Shown here: positions 62,409 through 64,000 of the stretch, one piece after another | Position numbering within the stretch: position 1 is the first letter of the stretch | Layout of the letters: each line of letters starts with the position of its first letter | Source of the DNA: an uncultured Aliarcobacter sp. | Lineage (GTDB): Bacteria; Campylobacterota; Campylobacteria; Campylobacterales; Arcobacteraceae | Assembly: GCA_963677435.1 (NCBI GenBank) | Contig: OY781945.1 | Location: forward strand, 1,088,001 to 1,152,000 | Direction: 5' to 3' | Length of the DNA: 64,000 nucleotides | Made by a program: the position numbers and the translations under genes | The notes under the pieces: generated by a model | Told to the model about the DNA's origin: nothing | Databases searched by the model: none | The model's input: the letters and a program-made list of their open reading frames with translations, nothing else

Positions 62409-64000
62409 CGGTATGCAAAAACGAATGTTACTTATGACATTGATAGTTTTTGTATTTTTTATAGCTTATGAGTTTTTGGTTTTAAAACCACAACAAGAAG
62501 CAAAAGCAGCCCTTGTAAAACAAGAGCAAACACAAAAACAAAATGTTGCACCAGATGTGAATTCAGTTGATACAAAAATGGTTTCAACAGATGTAAATGG
62601 TAATCCAGTTGATATGTCAAAATCTACTGATGCTTTATCATCAAAATCTATAGCAAATTCTCAAATTGTTTCTACAATTAAAACAGCTAAAAGTACAATA
62701 GAAATTGATACTTTAGGTAGAGTAGCTCAAGTTACATTAGTTGAAGAGAAATATAGAGATGAAAATGGTAATCAAATCAAATTATTTGATGCAAACCAAT
62801 TAAGACCACTTGAAGTTAGGTTTGCTGATGCAAATATAAATGCAGATGCTTTCAAAGTTTCAGTAGTTGCAAGTTCTGTAAATGTAGATGCAACAACATC
62901 AGCACAAGAACTTGTATTGACTCAGACTTTAAATGGAACTGTTCTAACAAAAAAATTAACTTTTTATCCTGATGGACATTATGATTTAAATGTTAGTACT
63001 ACAAATGATAAACAATTTTTTATTACAAATGGTTTTAGACCAAATGTTCTAGCTGATATGTATGCAGTTCATGGGTTCATTTCAAAATTGAATGATAATA
63101 CTTTAAAAACAGTAGAAGATGGTAAATTAGATAAAAATGAAAATATAGTTGGTGTAAAATTTTTATCAAGTTTTGATAGATACTATACAACTGTTATTTA
63201 TAATTTTGAGAAATCATTAAGTGTAACTTTAATGCCAGATACAAAATCTGATCCTCAAGGATTTATTCATGGGGGAAGTGATGTAACTTTTTCAGGTTTT
63301 ATAGGACCTAAAAATCATAGAGATTTAGCAGCATTAAATCCTGAATTAATTGACGTAATTGATTATGGTTGGTTTACATTTATTGCTAAACCTATGTTCT
63401 TATTATTACAGTTTATTCAAGGTTATGTTGGAAACTGGGGTTGGACAATTGTTATTTTAACAATTTTAATTAAATTAGTACTTTTCCCTTTATCATTCAA
63501 AGGAATGGTATCTATGCAAAAGTTAAAAGATTTAGCTCCTAAAATGAAAGAAATTCAAGCTAAATATAAAGATGACAAACAAAAACAATCTATGCATATG
63601 ATGGAACTTTATAAAAAACATGGTGCTAATCCAATGGGTGGATGTTTACCATTAATTTTACAAATTCCTGTATTCTTTGCTATCTATAGGGTTTTATTAA
63701 ATGCTATTGAATTAAAAGGTGCACCTTGGATGTTTTGGGTACATGACTTAGCTGAAATGGATCCATATTTTGTATTACCTATTTTAATGGGTGCAACAAT
63801 GTTTTTACAACAAAAAATTACGCCAAATACAATGCAAGATGAAATGCAAAAGAAAATATTCCAATTTTTACCAGTTGTTTTCACATTCTTCTTCTTGTGG
63901 TTCCCAGCAGGACTTACATTGTATTGGTTTATAAATAATTTATTTACTATCTGTCAACAATACTATATCAATAGTGTATTTGAAAGAAAAAGAGCTGAAA
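62386..64000 (+). CDS. yidC: Membrane protein insertase YidC (runs off the window end)
   Basis: DYGWFTFIAKP, GNWGW, NPMGGCLP, QIPVFF, WFPAGLTLYW motifs; exact start uncertain (62386, 62395 or 62413). Confidence 0.95.
   Translation, partial: MNNMNQNNGMQKRMLLMTLIVFVFFIAYEFLVLKPQQEAKAALVKQEQTQKQNVAPDVNSVDTKMVSTDVNGNPVDMSKSTDALSSKSIANSQIVSTIKTAKSTIEIDTLGRVAQVTLVEEKYRDENGNQIKLFDANQLRPLEVRFADANINADAFKVSVVASSVNVDATTSAQELVLTQTLNGTVLTKKLTFYPDGHYDLNVSTTNDKQFFITNGFRPNVLADMYAVHGFISKLNDNTLKTVEDGKLDKNENIVGVKFLSSFDRYYTTVIYNFEKSLSVTLMPDTKSDPQGFIHGGSDVTFSGFIGPKNHRDLAALNPELIDVIDYGWFTFIAKPMFLLLQFIQGYVGNWGWTIVILTILIKLVLFPLSFKGMVSMQKLKDLAPKMKEIQAKYKDDKQKQSMHMMELYKKHGANPMGGCLPLILQIPVFFAIYRVLLNAIELKGAPWMFWVHDLAEMDPYFVLPILMGATMFLQQKITPNTMQDEMQKKIFQFLPVVFTFFFLWFPAGLTLYWFINNLFTICQQYYINSVFERKRAE

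Noticed and set aside
1..64000. CRISPR arrays, tRNA, rRNA, intact IS transposases
   Set aside because: No regularly spaced repeat-spacer array, structural RNA gene or DDE transposase ORF was recognised by eye; a covariance-model scan would be needed to exclude small RNAs.

Overview
A very AT-rich bacterial chromosome segment. Gene content and organisation (cts-type competence genes, Csd6/Pgp2-like LD-peptidase, HspR operator at clpB, rpmH-rnpA-yidD-yidC) suggest Campylobacterota, probably Arcobacteraceae (inference). A housekeeping backbone (era, corA, folE, ectABCD-ask, purL, purH, bioA, msrB/msrA, rnhB, clpB, rpmH, rnpA, yidD, yidC) is interrupted by three integrative elements, each sitting in a conserved gene. 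(1) 1-~10723 is the right part of an element inserted at the Walker B codons of comM/yifB. It encodes a recombinase trio (tyrosine recombinase, TnpC-like protein, giant tyrosine recombinase) and carries a complete Detocs-type three-gene anti-phage operon. (2) 46135-52627 is a decayed island with a perfect 28-bp direct repeat at the 5' end of msrA. It holds a tandemly duplicated MBOAT acyltransferase + SGNH/DltD-like partner module and integrase remnants. (3) 54505-58825 is a 4.3-kb minimal element (integrase, HTH excisionase-like protein, Rep_trans-like initiator, arm repeats) at the 5' end of rnhB. Elements 2 and 3 supply replacement start codons for their target genes. Other points: a frameshifted competence ATPase lacking Walker B, an Amt-GGDEF fusion, a receiver-pseudokinase, and an rnpA that seems to need an ATT start. 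No tRNA, rRNA or CRISPR array was seen. All family assignments are from motifs read by eye; no database searches were run.
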